From Saprospiraceae bacterium (lineage in GTDB: Bacteria > Bacteroidota > Bacteroidia > Chitinophagales > Saprospiraceae): DNA of 64,000 nucleotides. The notes beneath the pieces were generated by a model. The model was not told where the DNA came from, ran no database searches, and saw only the letters and a program-made list of their open reading frames with translations. The stretch lies in NCBI GenBank assembly GCA_027008645.1, contig JALVEE010000121.1, positions 6,740 to 70,739 of the forward strand, in the 5' to 3' direction. This document shows, one piece after another, positions 49,156-59,091 of this stretch (the stretch's first letter is position 1; each line of letters begins with the position of its first letter). Both the position numbers and the translations under genes were made by a program.

Positions 49156-51564
49156 ATGAACTACGGATATTTTGATGATAAGAACAGAGAATATATAATC
49201 ACCAATCCTAAGACCCCTGTTAAATGGATAAATTACGTCGGCACACTTTCTTTTGGTGGAATCGTTGATCATACGGGCGGTTCGCTTATTACCAAGGGTG
49301 ACCCGGCATTGAATAGAATCGTAAAATATATACCCCAATTACCAAACTCTGATTTCAAGGGAGAAAGCCTGTACTTGAGAATTAAAGAAAAAGACGGATA
49401 TAAAGTTTTTTCACCATTTTTTGTACCTACTCTTGACAGATACGACAAGTATGAATGTCATGTAGGGCTTGGATACCAAAAAATCATTTCGGAGTTTTAT
49501 AATATAAAAACAGAGGTTACAATTTTTGTGCCTACCGGTTCAAATGTAGTAGTCAGGGATATAAAAGTGACAAATTTAAGGGATGAAAATGTAGAAATAG
49601 ATATTATTCCGGTTGTGGAATTTAGTCATTTTGATGCGCTCAAGCAATTCACAAATGCTGATTGGGTTCCTCAAACAATGACTGTTGATGCAGAAAGAAA
49701 AGACGATGGCACAGTTGTGCTAAAGCAATATGCATTTATGAAAAAAGAGTATGAAAACAATTTTTTCACATCCAATTACCCTGCAGATTCATTCCAAACA
49801 GATAGAAAACTATTCCTTGGGGACAATGAATATGGGACTTGGAAAAATCCCCTTGAATTACAAAACTCAAGTTTATCTAATTATGAAGCAAGGAGGGGGG
49901 ATAATATTGCTGCAATTTTGCATAAAATGGGCACTGTCTCTCCAAATGAAACTGTTCGTATCGTAACTCAATTAGGGCAATCAGAACCGGATAATATTGA
50001 TGCTTCTATTGAAAAATACAAGAACTTCATAAATGTCAATAAAGCATTTAACGAATTATCGCAATTTTGGGATGATTATTTATCCAAAATGTACTTTGAC
50101 ACACCTGACCCTGCATTCAATTCGATGATTAACATTCACAATCCGAGACAATGTCATACTACTTTGAATTGGTCAAGATACTTATCTCTGTATCAACTCG
50201 GTTTGGGAGCAAGAGGCTTAGGTTTCAGAGATAGTTCTCAAGATGTATTGGGCATACTACCCGCTGTACCTGATGAAGGGAGAAAACTGATAGAAAAATT
50301 ATTGTCTGTACAAAAGCCCGATGGTTCCGCAATGCATCAATTTTTCCCTTTGACTATGGAAGCAAACGAAGGCGATTCCCGTGAAGAAGGCGAAAAGCAA
50401 TATTATGGAGACGATCATTTATGGATAATCCTTTCTGTTTGTGATTACTTGAAAGAAACAGGAGACTACGATTTTCTGGACAAAGAAATAAGCTTTTATG
50501 ACAAAGACTTGGAACTTGAAGAAAGGGAAAAAGCTACGGTTTTTGAACATCTCAAAAGATCCTTGGATTTTACAAAAAATAATACAGGCAAACACGGATT
50601 ACCATTGCTCGGATTTGCTGATTGGAATGATACTGTCAATTTGCCAGGAGATGCTGAAAGTGTTTTTATCGCAAATCTCTATGGAAGAGCATTATTAAAA
50701 ATGATAAGCCTATTGACATATTTAGGGCAGGAAGACTTATTAAATGAATATAAAAAAGACTACGAACATATGAAATCCATTGTCAACAATAATTGTTGGG
50801 ATGGAGAATGGTATATCAGATATATAGAAGAAGATGGGACACCGGTCGGGTCTAAGCAAAATCAACAAGGGCAAATATACACAAATGCTCAATCTTGGAG
50901 TGTATTGTCAAGGTTTGCAAGTTTAGAAAGGGCTAAAACCGCATTGGATTCAGTAAATAAAATAATGAATACTGAATTTGGCATCAAATTGAGCTATCCC
51001 GGATACAATGGCTTCGACCCTAATATTGGAGGCGTAACAACATATCCTCCGGGAGCAAAAGAAAACGGTGGCATTTTTCTTCATTCCAATCCTTGGGTTA
51101 TAATCGCAGAAACACTTCTTGGTAATGGTGATAGAGCTGTCCAATATTACAATCAAATAAATCCTGCTGCTAAAAATGATATAATAGACAGGTATGAATT
51201 AGACCCCTATTGTTATCCTCAAAACATTTTGGGTGATGAGCATCCCCAATTTGGCTTAGCAAGAAATCATTGGTTGTCCGGAACTTCTTCGTGGGTATAT
51301 CAAGCAGCAACCAAATATATACTGGGTATCAGACCACAGCATACAGGATTAAAAATAGATCCTTGCATACCAAAAAATTGGGATGGATTTAAAGCCGTAA
51401 GAAAATTTAGAAATTCGACCTACAATATCACTGTGCGTAATCCTGATAAAGTTTCAAAGGGAGTGACCAAGATAACTGTAGATGGCAATCAAATTGACGG
51501 CAACATAGTCCCGGTATTCGATGATAATAGTACCCATAATATTGAAGTGATTATGGGAATTTAA
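49156..51564 (+). CDS. GH94 glycoside phosphorylase, divergent paralog of unknown specificity
   Basis: It shares the GH94 scaffold (MNYGYFDD.NREYIITNPKTP..WINY.G, GFRDSSQD, GFADWNDT.NL, GAKENGGIFLHSNPWVIIAE, NHWLSGTSSW). It differs strongly from the upstream CBP-like copy in the N-terminal domain and around the catalytic loops. It has no signal peptide. Confidence 0.85.
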   Translation: MNYGYFDDKNREYIITNPKTPVKWINYVGTLSFGGIVDHTGGSLITKGDPALNRIVKYIPQLPNSDFKGESLYLRIKEKDGYKVFSPFFVPTLDRYDKYECHVGLGYQKIISEFYNIKTEVTIFVPTGSNVVVRDIKVTNLRDENVEIDIIPVVEFSHFDALKQFTNADWVPQTMTVDAERKDDGTVVLKQYAFMKKEYENNFFTSNYPADSFQTDRKLFLGDNEYGTWKNPLELQNSSLSNYEARRGDNIAAILHKMGTVSPNETVRIVTQLGQSEPDNIDASIEKYKNFINVNKAFNELSQFWDDYLSKMYFDTPDPAFNSMINIHNPRQCHTTLNWSRYLSLYQLGLGARGLGFRDSSQDVLGILPAVPDEGRKLIEKLLSVQKPDGSAMHQFFPLTMEANEGDSREEGEKQYYGDDHLWIILSVCDYLKETGDYDFLDKEISFYDKDLELEEREKATVFEHLKRSLDFTKNNTGKHGLPLLGFADWNDTVNLPGDAESVFIANLYGRALLKMISLLTYLGQEDLLNEYKKDYEHMKSIVNNNCWDGEWYIRYIEEDGTPVGSKQNQQGQIYTNAQSWSVLSRFASLERAKTALDSVNKIMNTEFGIKLSYPGYNGFDPNIGGVTTYPPGAKENGGIFLHSNPWVIIAETLLGNGDRAVQYYNQINPAAKNDIIDRYELDPYCYPQNILGDEHPQFGLARNHWLSGTSSWVYQAATKYILGIRPQHTGLKIDPCIPKNWDGFKAVRKFRNSTYNITVRNPDKVSKGVTKITVDGNQIDGNIVPVFDDNSTHNIEVIMGI

Positions 51565-51575
51565 AAATAGTTTAA

Positions 51576-53156
51576 ATGAAAAAGACATTACATTTATTGC
51601 CCTTTTTATTGGTTCTGTTTAGTTGCAATAGCTCAAAACAACTCAGTAGTAAAACCAATCAATACAATATATCAGTCGATGTAAACAAAACTATCGCCCA
51701 TTACAATAAACAAATGCTTTTGGGGACAAACGTAGGTGTGTTTTATGAAGAATCTTCATTGATGAATCTTGATTTGTTGGAAAACCTCAAACGATTAAAT
51801 CCCGGAATAATAAGAATGCCCGGTGGCACTTGGTCAAATGAATTGTATTGGAACGGAAATAAAGTCAGACTATCAGAAGAAAGTTATATCCCTGAAAAAG
51901 AGTGGAAAGATGCGATTAAAAGGGGTAAAAACCCAATCGAAGTCGCTTTTGATACAACAAAATACAAGAATGGAAAATGGGATGTGGATTATACCGGTTA
52001 TGCACCGGGGTTCAGGATAAAAGACACCAAGCACAATCTTTCGGATTTTCACGGTTTTACAGATGTCCTGTATTTGCATAAATTTATCCAATCTTTTGGC
52101 GCGGAGACAATGGTCACGGTAAATATGGGTACAGGAACAGTAAAAATGGCTGTGGAATGGGTGAAGTGGGTCAAGCAAAGACAATATTTTGCCAGAGAAC
52201 CATTTAATGTTAAATATTGGGAAATGGGTAATGAAATGGACGGTGATTGGGAACTAGGCTATACCTTACCCGATGGTAGCACAATGAATGCAAAAGAATA
52301 TGTCAGACGGTACAAACTGTTTGCAAATGCAATGAAAAAAGCAGATCCGGAAATCAAAGTCGGAGGAAGTGTCGCTTCAAGTATGGCACTGAAATTTATT
52401 GAAGAGCTTATCCGCGATAAGGATGCACCAATAGATTTTATCTCCTTTCACGCATATCCCTCTAATAACAAGGATACTGATTTTGTTAAAATGGTCGATG
52501 AGGCAGTCAAGATTAATGATGCCGTAAAAAGAATAAAATCTTGGTTGGCTCAGTACAGACCTTATAAAAAAGACAAAATCGAAATAGCCGTAACCGAGTG
52601 GAATATCAAAGTCAAAGAAGATAATACTACAATCGACTTGACAAATACTCTTTGGTCAGCGGTAATGTTAGGTGAAATGGCAAAAGCAGGGGTTGATATC
52701 GCTATACAATGGGACTTATTTTCGACTACCGATACGGGTGGACACGGACTTTTTAACCCCAAGGATAAAAAAATGAATCCGAGAAGCCAATATTGGGCTA
52801 TGTATCTATGGAGCAAATTTATGGGAAATACTATGCTAAAAACTCAACTCAATGCTCCTGATTATATTCGTGCATATACCACAATTGAAAATAATGAAGT
52901 CAGTATTATGCTCATAAATGGTTCAAAAACTGTAAATGTAAATTTGGATATCAATCTTCAAAATGCGGATTTTGACAATAAATATGAGTTAATAAATTAT
53001 TCTGCTAAGCAATATGTGATAGATAAAAATTCTACAATACCAAAATTGAGCACGCAGCCATTGAAAACAACTAAATTGAATAAACCGCTTCATAGTATCG
53101 ATATAGCACCCTACAGTATAAAAGTCATTAAATACCATACAAAACAAAAGAAATGA
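51576..53156 (+). CDS. Clan GH-A (beta/alpha)8 glycoside hydrolase, GH51-like, lipoprotein
   Basis: Lipobox LLVLFSCNSS. The acid/base region VKYWEMGNEMDGDWELGY resembles the GH51 signature GNEMDG.WQ.G. The putative nucleophile is in IAVTEWNIK. The C-terminal beta-sandwich is plausible. The family assignment is tentative. Confidence 0.55.
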   Translation: MKKTLHLLPFLLVLFSCNSSKQLSSKTNQYNISVDVNKTIAHYNKQMLLGTNVGVFYEESSLMNLDLLENLKRLNPGIIRMPGGTWSNELYWNGNKVRLSEESYIPEKEWKDAIKRGKNPIEVAFDTTKYKNGKWDVDYTGYAPGFRIKDTKHNLSDFHGFTDVLYLHKFIQSFGAETMVTVNMGTGTVKMAVEWVKWVKQRQYFAREPFNVKYWEMGNEMDGDWELGYTLPDGSTMNAKEYVRRYKLFANAMKKADPEIKVGGSVASSMALKFIEELIRDKDAPIDFISFHAYPSNNKDTDFVKMVDEAVKINDAVKRIKSWLAQYRPYKKDKIEIAVTEWNIKVKEDNTTIDLTNTLWSAVMLGEMAKAGVDIAIQWDLFSTTDTGGHGLFNPKDKKMNPRSQYWAMYLWSKFMGNTMLKTQLNAPDYIRAYTTIENNEVSIMLINGSKTVNVNLDINLQNADFDNKYELINYSAKQYVIDKNSTIPKLSTQPLKTTKLNKPLHSIDIAPYSIKVIKYHTKQKK

Positions 53157-54133
53157 TTTTAAACTCAAAATTGAATTTTGCTCTATTGCCGGCATTCCTA
53201 ATCAGTTTGTTTACTGTATTTAACTCAATCAACGCTCAAAATGACACCGTAGAAATATACAACAACCATTTAAAGGCAAAAATAGCTTTAAAAGGTGCTG
53301 AGATAATTTCATTGTTTGACAAAACCGATAGTATCGAATATATATGGCAAGGAAGTGATGAGTCTTGGAAGAAACACTCTCCTATCTTGTTCCCTTTTGT
53401 CGGAAAAATCAAAGGGGGCTTTTACAAAATAGCCTGCAAAAAATACAAAATGAAAAACCACGGCTTTGCTTCCCGTAAAATATTTAAAATATCAGAACAA
53501 TCCCCCTCAAAATTAGTCTTAGTCTTGGAAAGTAATCCCTCTACATTAAAAATTTATCCTTTTAAATTCAGATTGACCGTATGTTATTCCTTGGAGGGCA
53601 ATGAACTCAAAGTAACCAATACAGTTGAAAATATCGACACAAAGAATATATTTTTCTCTATAGGAGCGCATCCGGGTTTCAATATCCCATTTGTTCCTAA
53701 TGAAAAATTCGAAGACTACTTCATCGAGTTTGACACAACAGAAGTTGCCGATCGTATCGTTCTTTCCAAGCCAAAAGGATATCCGACTGATAGTTTGCTG
53801 CGCAATTATCTAGGCAATGGTAATATTCTGCCTCTCAACCACGATTTATTCCGGGATAGAGTAATCATCTTAAGGGGATTGAAATCAAAAACATTGACAA
53901 TCAGAAGTAAAAATTCAAAAAGAGGAATACGAGTCAAAGGAATTGATAAATTTCAATATCTGGGCATATGGACTTTTGTGAAAAAAGATGAACCGTTTGT
54001 CTGTATAGAACCTTGGTACGGTATATCCGATTATGTCAATTCATCCGGAGAAATAGCAGAAAAAACAGGGATTCAATCATTGGAATCCGGAAAAGTATTT
54101 AAAATGAAATACAGTATTGAAATACAAAAATAA
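53153..54133 (+). CDS. Aldose 1-epimerase (galactose mutarotase-like, LacX/YihR-type) family protein with a signal peptide
   Basis: SPILFPFVGK, NHGFAS and IGAHPGFNIPF are typical of the mutarotase-like fold. The ATGA start overlaps the stop of the preceding hydrolase. N-terminal signal LPAFLISLFTVFNSINAQ. Confidence 0.75.
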   Translation: MILNSKLNFALLPAFLISLFTVFNSINAQNDTVEIYNNHLKAKIALKGAEIISLFDKTDSIEYIWQGSDESWKKHSPILFPFVGKIKGGFYKIACKKYKMKNHGFASRKIFKISEQSPSKLVLVLESNPSTLKIYPFKFRLTVCYSLEGNELKVTNTVENIDTKNIFFSIGAHPGFNIPFVPNEKFEDYFIEFDTTEVADRIVLSKPKGYPTDSLLRNYLGNGNILPLNHDLFRDRVIILRGLKSKTLTIRSKNSKRGIRVKGIDKFQYLGIWTFVKKDEPFVCIEPWYGISDYVNSSGEIAEKTGIQSLESGKVFKMKYSIEIQK

Positions 54134-54173
54134 AATTTTTAAACAGATGGAATCTTTGATAAAAAATAAACAG

Positions 54174-55643
54174 ATGAAAAATCTTTTATTCCTTGCTCTT
54201 TTTACAATATTAGGAAGTACTGCTTGCCATTTAGACACAAAAACAAACAAAGTAAGCAAAAAACCCACAGACAAACCTAAAAACGTACTATTTATCGCTG
54301 TTGATGACTTGAAACCATTATTAGGTTGTTATGATACCCCATTAATAAAAACACCTAATATTGACAAATTGGCTTCACAGGGTTATGTATTTAAAAACAA
54401 TCATTGCCAACAAGCGGTATGCGGTCCGTCGAGAGCGAGTATCCTGACTGGTAAAAGGCCTGATTATACCAAAATTTGGAATTTAAAAACATTGATAAGG
54501 GATAAAAACCCTGATATTGTGACTATGCCCCAATACTTCAAACAATTGGGGTATCAAACAGCTGCTGTTGGTAAAATATTTGACTATAGGTCGGTAGATG
54601 AATTGAATGATTCCCTTTCTTGGAGTTATAAATACGATAATTTCAAGCATCATACGGATATTGGAAAGGAATATATCAAATCCAAGGAGAGGGTGTCGAT
54701 GGAAATAACAAATGTTCCTGATAGTATGACAGCTGATGGAGAAGTAGTAAGGCGCAGTGTTAAGTACCTAAAGAAATTTGCAAAAGAAGACAAACCTTTT
54801 TTTATGGCTGTCGGATTTTACAAACCTCATTTACCCTTTGTAGTACCTCAAAAATATTGGGATTTGTACAGAGATGAGGATATCAAGCTCCCCCCTTACA
54901 GGAAAGCGCCCGTTGGTGCACCAAAATATGCTACTCAACCAAGTTGGGAATTGCGAGGTGGATACGCAGATATCCCCAAGGATTACAATGTAGAAATTCC
55001 TGTACAAAAACAGTTAGATCTTATTCACGGATATTATGCTTGTGTATCGTTCATAGATCAGCAGATAGGTAGAGTTTTGGACGAATTGGACAAACTGGGA
55101 TTGCGTGAAAGTACGGTAATTGTCCTTTGGGGTGACCACGGTTGGCATCTCGGAGATCACGATATGTTTTGCAAGCATACCAATTACGAGCAAGCTACAC
55201 GTTCCCCTTTGATTTTTTCCACTTTTAAGGGCAAAACAGGTTCAACCGATTCTCCTACAGAATTTGTGGATGTATATCCTACACTTTGTGATTTATCGGG
55301 GATCAAAACGCCTCAAGACCTTGACGGCAAAAGTCTTGTTCCTCTAATTGATGGAAAAGTACAAAAGATTAAAGATTATGCTGTCAGTCAATTTCCAAGG
55401 GAAGGCAACAAAATGGGCTATGCATTCAGGGATGAAAGATACCGGTATGTGATTTGGGTTAAAAATCACTTCAATTCGGAAAAACATTTTGATGATTCCC
55501 TTGTAGATGCGGAAGAACTCTATGATTATAATGTAGATCCTTTGGAAACAAAAAATCTGATTTCTGAAAATAAATACTTAAAAACAGCTTCAAAATTCAG
55601 AAAAACAGCAAAGGATTTTTTCAAAAAATTTGAGAAAAAATAG
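54174..55643 (+). CDS. S1-family sulfatase, iduronate-2-sulfatase-like, lipoprotein
   Basis: MKNLLFLALFTILGSTAC lipobox. NVLFIAVDDLKPLLGCYDTPLIKTPNIDKLASQG...QQAVCGPSRASILTGKRPD parallels the human IDS N-terminus. WGDHGWHLGDH is also present. ATG 54174 is preferred over the overlapping upstream ATG 54117. Confidence 0.9.
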   Translation: MKNLLFLALFTILGSTACHLDTKTNKVSKKPTDKPKNVLFIAVDDLKPLLGCYDTPLIKTPNIDKLASQGYVFKNNHCQQAVCGPSRASILTGKRPDYTKIWNLKTLIRDKNPDIVTMPQYFKQLGYQTAAVGKIFDYRSVDELNDSLSWSYKYDNFKHHTDIGKEYIKSKERVSMEITNVPDSMTADGEVVRRSVKYLKKFAKEDKPFFMAVGFYKPHLPFVVPQKYWDLYRDEDIKLPPYRKAPVGAPKYATQPSWELRGGYADIPKDYNVEIPVQKQLDLIHGYYACVSFIDQQIGRVLDELDKLGLRESTVIVLWGDHGWHLGDHDMFCKHTNYEQATRSPLIFSTFKGKTGSTDSPTEFVDVYPTLCDLSGIKTPQDLDGKSLVPLIDGKVQKIKDYAVSQFPREGNKMGYAFRDERYRYVIWVKNHFNSEKHFDDSLVDAEELYDYNVDPLETKNLISENKYLKTASKFRKTAKDFFKKFEKK

Positions 55644-55746
55644 ATTTTTACGTATAATTTTTTGATTTAGATTTAATTTTTAGTTGTTTGACAATAAACA
55701 AACCTTTTATGATTATTATTATACAGAAACATTGGTATATTTTGCG

Positions 55747-55754
55747 TAAATTTG
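55747..55754 (+). promoter_or_regulatory. Candidate -7 promoter box (TAaaTTTG) upstream of the SusC-like gene
   Basis: Consensus match 117 bp upstream of ATG 55871 in a 227-bp intergenic gap. This is a motif match only. Confidence 0.25.
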
Positions 55755-55870
55755 AGCATCTTTTAACAGAGAAATGAAATCTACATTTAACTTGATGTGA
55801 CGGTTAGAAATAATCTACACACAACTTTTGTAGATTGCGTCTGAAATTAATTAATTAAAAAAAATTACGG

Positions 55871-58800
55871 ATGAAAACAAAACTACTTTTTATTATTTCG
55901 ATTTTTTTTCTATCTCTTTCTTTTACCTATGCGCAGAGGACGGTAAAAGGGCAAGTAATAGATAAGGATACCAAAGAACCATTGATTGGGGCATCGGTTG
56001 TCATTCCCAATCTTAACAAAGGGGCAATTACTGATTTGGATGGTAAATTCAGCATTGAATTACCTGCAAACACGGAAAGGATTAGAGTCTCATACATAGG
56101 TTATCAGACTAAAACAGTTAAGCTTGAACCCAACAAAGATGATTATCTCATAAAGCTTGCTTCCGGGAAAGTACTTGATGAGGTTGTCGTGGTAGGATAT
56201 GGAAAATTAAAAAAACGTGACTTGACAGGATCTGTTTCCAAATTGGTGGAAGATCCAAAAACAGCAAGACAGTATAGTGGTGTTGATGAGCTATTGCAAG
56301 GAAGAGTATCGGGAGTAAATGTTACATCCAATGCCGGATCTCCCAATGGTGCTGTCAGTGTCAGAATTAGAGGAATCAATAGTCTTAGAGGAAATAATGA
56401 GCCGCTTTATGTTATTGACGGTGTCATTATTAGTACAGCAGGGGAAGATGTTCTTGAAGCGACTCCTGATGCCAACGAGATGCAAACAGCTCAAAATGGG
56501 CTTACGGGTCTTAATCCGAGGGATATTAAAAGTATTGAGATATTAAAAGATGCTTCAGCAACGGCAATTTACGGGTCGAGAGGTGCTAATGGAGTAGTAT
56601 TGATCACTACAAAAAGCGGTTCAAAAACAGGCGGTAAGCCCAAAATCAGTGCCTATGCTTCAAGTACTATGGCATCAATAACTAAGAAAATTGATATGTT
56701 GGATCCGTTATCATTTGCAAGATATCAAAATGATGCTTTGATTGCCGATGGTAATAACCCAAAATATGTTATTGAAGGCGATAACATTTATTCAATTTCA
56801 GAATACTCTGATACCAATATCGTAAAAAGCCCTGATGCTGCAAAAAAAGTAAACTGGCAAGATGAAATATATCAAAAAGCTATCAGTTACAATACAGGAT
56901 TCTCATTCGGAGGAAAGAAAAATAAGACAGGATACTACTTCTCAGCCGGATTCAATAATATCAACGGGATTGTGGAAACTACAAATCTTAAAAAAGGAGA
57001 TATACGATTGAATCTAAATTCAAGACTAACTTCAAAACTAACTTTTGACAACAGGGTCGCTCTTACATACCAAGAAGGTTCATTTGCTCAAGCAGGAAGT
57101 CGTTCGGGAGGTAATAGAAGTTTCACAAAACAAGTATTAACTTATAGACCGCTGATCGATAAACTTGAAGACGATGTGGATTTGGAAATATCCAACCCGT
57201 ATTCTTGGCTTACCGATTTTGATGACCTGATAAAGGAGTTAAGAGCCAATTTATCAACATCGTTCAATTATGAAATAATAAAAGGTCTCAGTTATACATT
57301 GAGAGGAGGAGTCGATTACAGATTTAAGAATAGGGACAAATGGTACGGTACTGAAATTTTCAAAGGAGCGAAAGTGAATGCATTAGCCGATTATTCGACC
57401 TTAAATAGAAAATCATATACTCTTGACAATATAATAAACTACAATACTAAAATAAATAAAAAACACAGAATTAATTCTATGTTTGCGGTAACTTATGACG
57501 GTGTAATAAGTTCCAATGATATTTTTGAGATAACTGACTTTCCGATTAAAACCCTACGTTCCAAAGCACCTCAATTAGGTCAATTGATTACACAGCCAAG
57601 AACTCTACTGAATAGAGATGAGGCGATTTTCTCCACTTTGGGAAGAGTCAACTACAGTTATAAAAGCAAATATATATTGACAGCAAGTATTAGAGCAGAT
57701 AAGTCTTCCAAGTTTACCAAAGGACGACAATGGGGATACTTCCCGTCAGCATCTTTTGCTTGGAGACTCGGTGAAGAAAAGTTTATAAAAAATCTTAATT
57801 GGTTTTACAATCTAAAATTGAGATTAGGTTGGGGGATAACGGGAAATCAGGGAATACGCCCATATCAAACACTTTCAACATATTCAACAGTTTACTATGT
57901 AGATGGTAGAGACAATACGGTTATTGGTAGTGTACCAAGCAGAATTGCAAACCCGGATTTAACTTGGGAGTCAACCGAACAATATAATTCGGGATTGGAT
58001 ATATCAGTACTTTCAGGAAAGCTGAATTTTGTAATTGATGCCTACTACAAAAAGACCAAAAACCTATTGCAAAATATCAGTTTACCCACCTCAACAGGTT
58101 TTTCAAAAATGACCGTAAACAGGGGTGAAATTGAAAATAAAGGTGTAGAGTTGTCTATGGATGCCGATCTTTTGCGCAAAGATGATTTGAATTTAACAGT
58201 AGGAGGACATATTTCATTCAATAGAAACAAGGTGCTCTCTCTGGGTTTGCCGGCTTCAACTGTTTGGATTGACGGAAAAGAAAGGCAAGAATCATTCTAT
58301 TTTGGTAATTATATATCCACAGGAGGATATTTCAAAGCTCCGGCAAATATATTTATGGAAGGACAACCGATAGGTATGTTTTGGGGATATAAAACTAATG
58401 GAGTATATAAATCACAAGAAGAAGCAGCTGCAGGTCCTACTTATAAAGGCAATGCAAATAAAGCAGGCGATTTGGTTTTTGTAGATGTAAATGGAGATGG
58501 TAATATCAATGATGATGACAGGACTTTCATCGGTAATCCAAATCCGGATTTCACTTATGGATTTGATTTGGTAGCAAAATACAAAAGATTTACAGTCAAA
58601 GCTCTGTTTGACGGAGTATATGGCAATGACATAGCAAATGGTTATAATCTTGAGATTGGTTTTGCCGAAGGGCGATTCAAAAATATATTGAAGAACGCTT
58701 ATGAAAATGCTTGGTCTGAAGAGCATCCTGACAATACAAGACCAAGGTTGAATTACGATTTAATGAACCAAGGATTTGTTGATCTAATCGTAGAGGACGG

Positions 58801-59035
58801 AAGTTATTTCAGATTAAATATACTTACACTTTCTTATGATTTACCTGTAAAAACGTCTTATGTTGACAATGTAAATATTTATGTTTCCGGAAGAAATTTA
58901 TTTTACATAACCAAGTATTCAGGATACGAACCTCAAATAACAAGTTTTCTTGGTGACGGTACTATTATCGGAGTTGATTGGGTAGGAACACCAAACGTGA
59001 GATCATTTTTGTTTGGAGTTAATTTGAGCTTTTAA
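55871..59035 (+). CDS. SusC/RagA-family TonB-dependent outer-membrane transporter
   Basis: Signal peptide, carboxypeptidase-regulatory-like domain (VKGQVIDKDTKEPLIGASVVIPN), plug with VVVGYGKLKKRDLTGSVS and SIEILKDASATAIYGSRGANGVVLITTK, a ~1050-aa barrel and a terminal F. Confidence 0.95.
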   Translation: MKTKLLFIISIFFLSLSFTYAQRTVKGQVIDKDTKEPLIGASVVIPNLNKGAITDLDGKFSIELPANTERIRVSYIGYQTKTVKLEPNKDDYLIKLASGKVLDEVVVVGYGKLKKRDLTGSVSKLVEDPKTARQYSGVDELLQGRVSGVNVTSNAGSPNGAVSVRIRGINSLRGNNEPLYVIDGVIISTAGEDVLEATPDANEMQTAQNGLTGLNPRDIKSIEILKDASATAIYGSRGANGVVLITTKSGSKTGGKPKISAYASSTMASITKKIDMLDPLSFARYQNDALIADGNNPKYVIEGDNIYSISEYSDTNIVKSPDAAKKVNWQDEIYQKAISYNTGFSFGGKKNKTGYYFSAGFNNINGIVETTNLKKGDIRLNLNSRLTSKLTFDNRVALTYQEGSFAQAGSRSGGNRSFTKQVLTYRPLIDKLEDDVDLEISNPYSWLTDFDDLIKELRANLSTSFNYEIIKGLSYTLRGGVDYRFKNRDKWYGTEIFKGAKVNALADYSTLNRKSYTLDNIINYNTKINKKHRINSMFAVTYDGVISSNDIFEITDFPIKTLRSKAPQLGQLITQPRTLLNRDEAIFSTLGRVNYSYKSKYILTASIRADKSSKFTKGRQWGYFPSASFAWRLGEEKFIKNLNWFYNLKLRLGWGITGNQGIRPYQTLSTYSTVYYVDGRDNTVIGSVPSRIANPDLTWESTEQYNSGLDISVLSGKLNFVIDAYYKKTKNLLQNISLPTSTGFSKMTVNRGEIENKGVELSMDADLLRKDDLNLTVGGHISFNRNKVLSLGLPASTVWIDGKERQESFYFGNYISTGGYFKAPANIFMEGQPIGMFWGYKTNGVYKSQEEAAAGPTYKGNANKAGDLVFVDVNGDGNINDDDRTFIGNPNPDFTYGFDLVAKYKRFTVKALFDGVYGNDIANGYNLEIGFAEGRFKNILKNAYENAWSEEHPDNTRPRLNYDLMNQGFVDLIVEDGSYFRLNILTLSYDLPVKTSYVDNVNIYVSGRNLFYITKYSGYEPQITSFLGDGTIIGVDWVGTPNVRSFLFGVNLSF

Positions 59036-59091
59036 TATGCTTAAAGTATAAAATAATAATCGAGATTATTAAATATAAAAAAAGTATTAAA

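Noticed and set aside
48838-49338. 166-aa minus-strand ORF with the repeating peptide FRFNVSGSMFQV
   Set aside because: It is simply the translation of the 14-bp tandem array (3 units = 42 bp = 14 codons). It overlaps the symporter 3' end and the GH94 5' end in antisense. It shows no independent coding signal.
47552-54133. GPH symporter plus mutarotase-like protein as a sulfoquinovose (yihO/yihR-like) catabolic cluster
   Set aside because: No homologs of the sulfoquinovosidase (GH31), SQ isomerase, kinase, aldolase or reductase are present. The sulfatases act on sulfate esters, not sulfonates. The resemblance is limited to two generic families.
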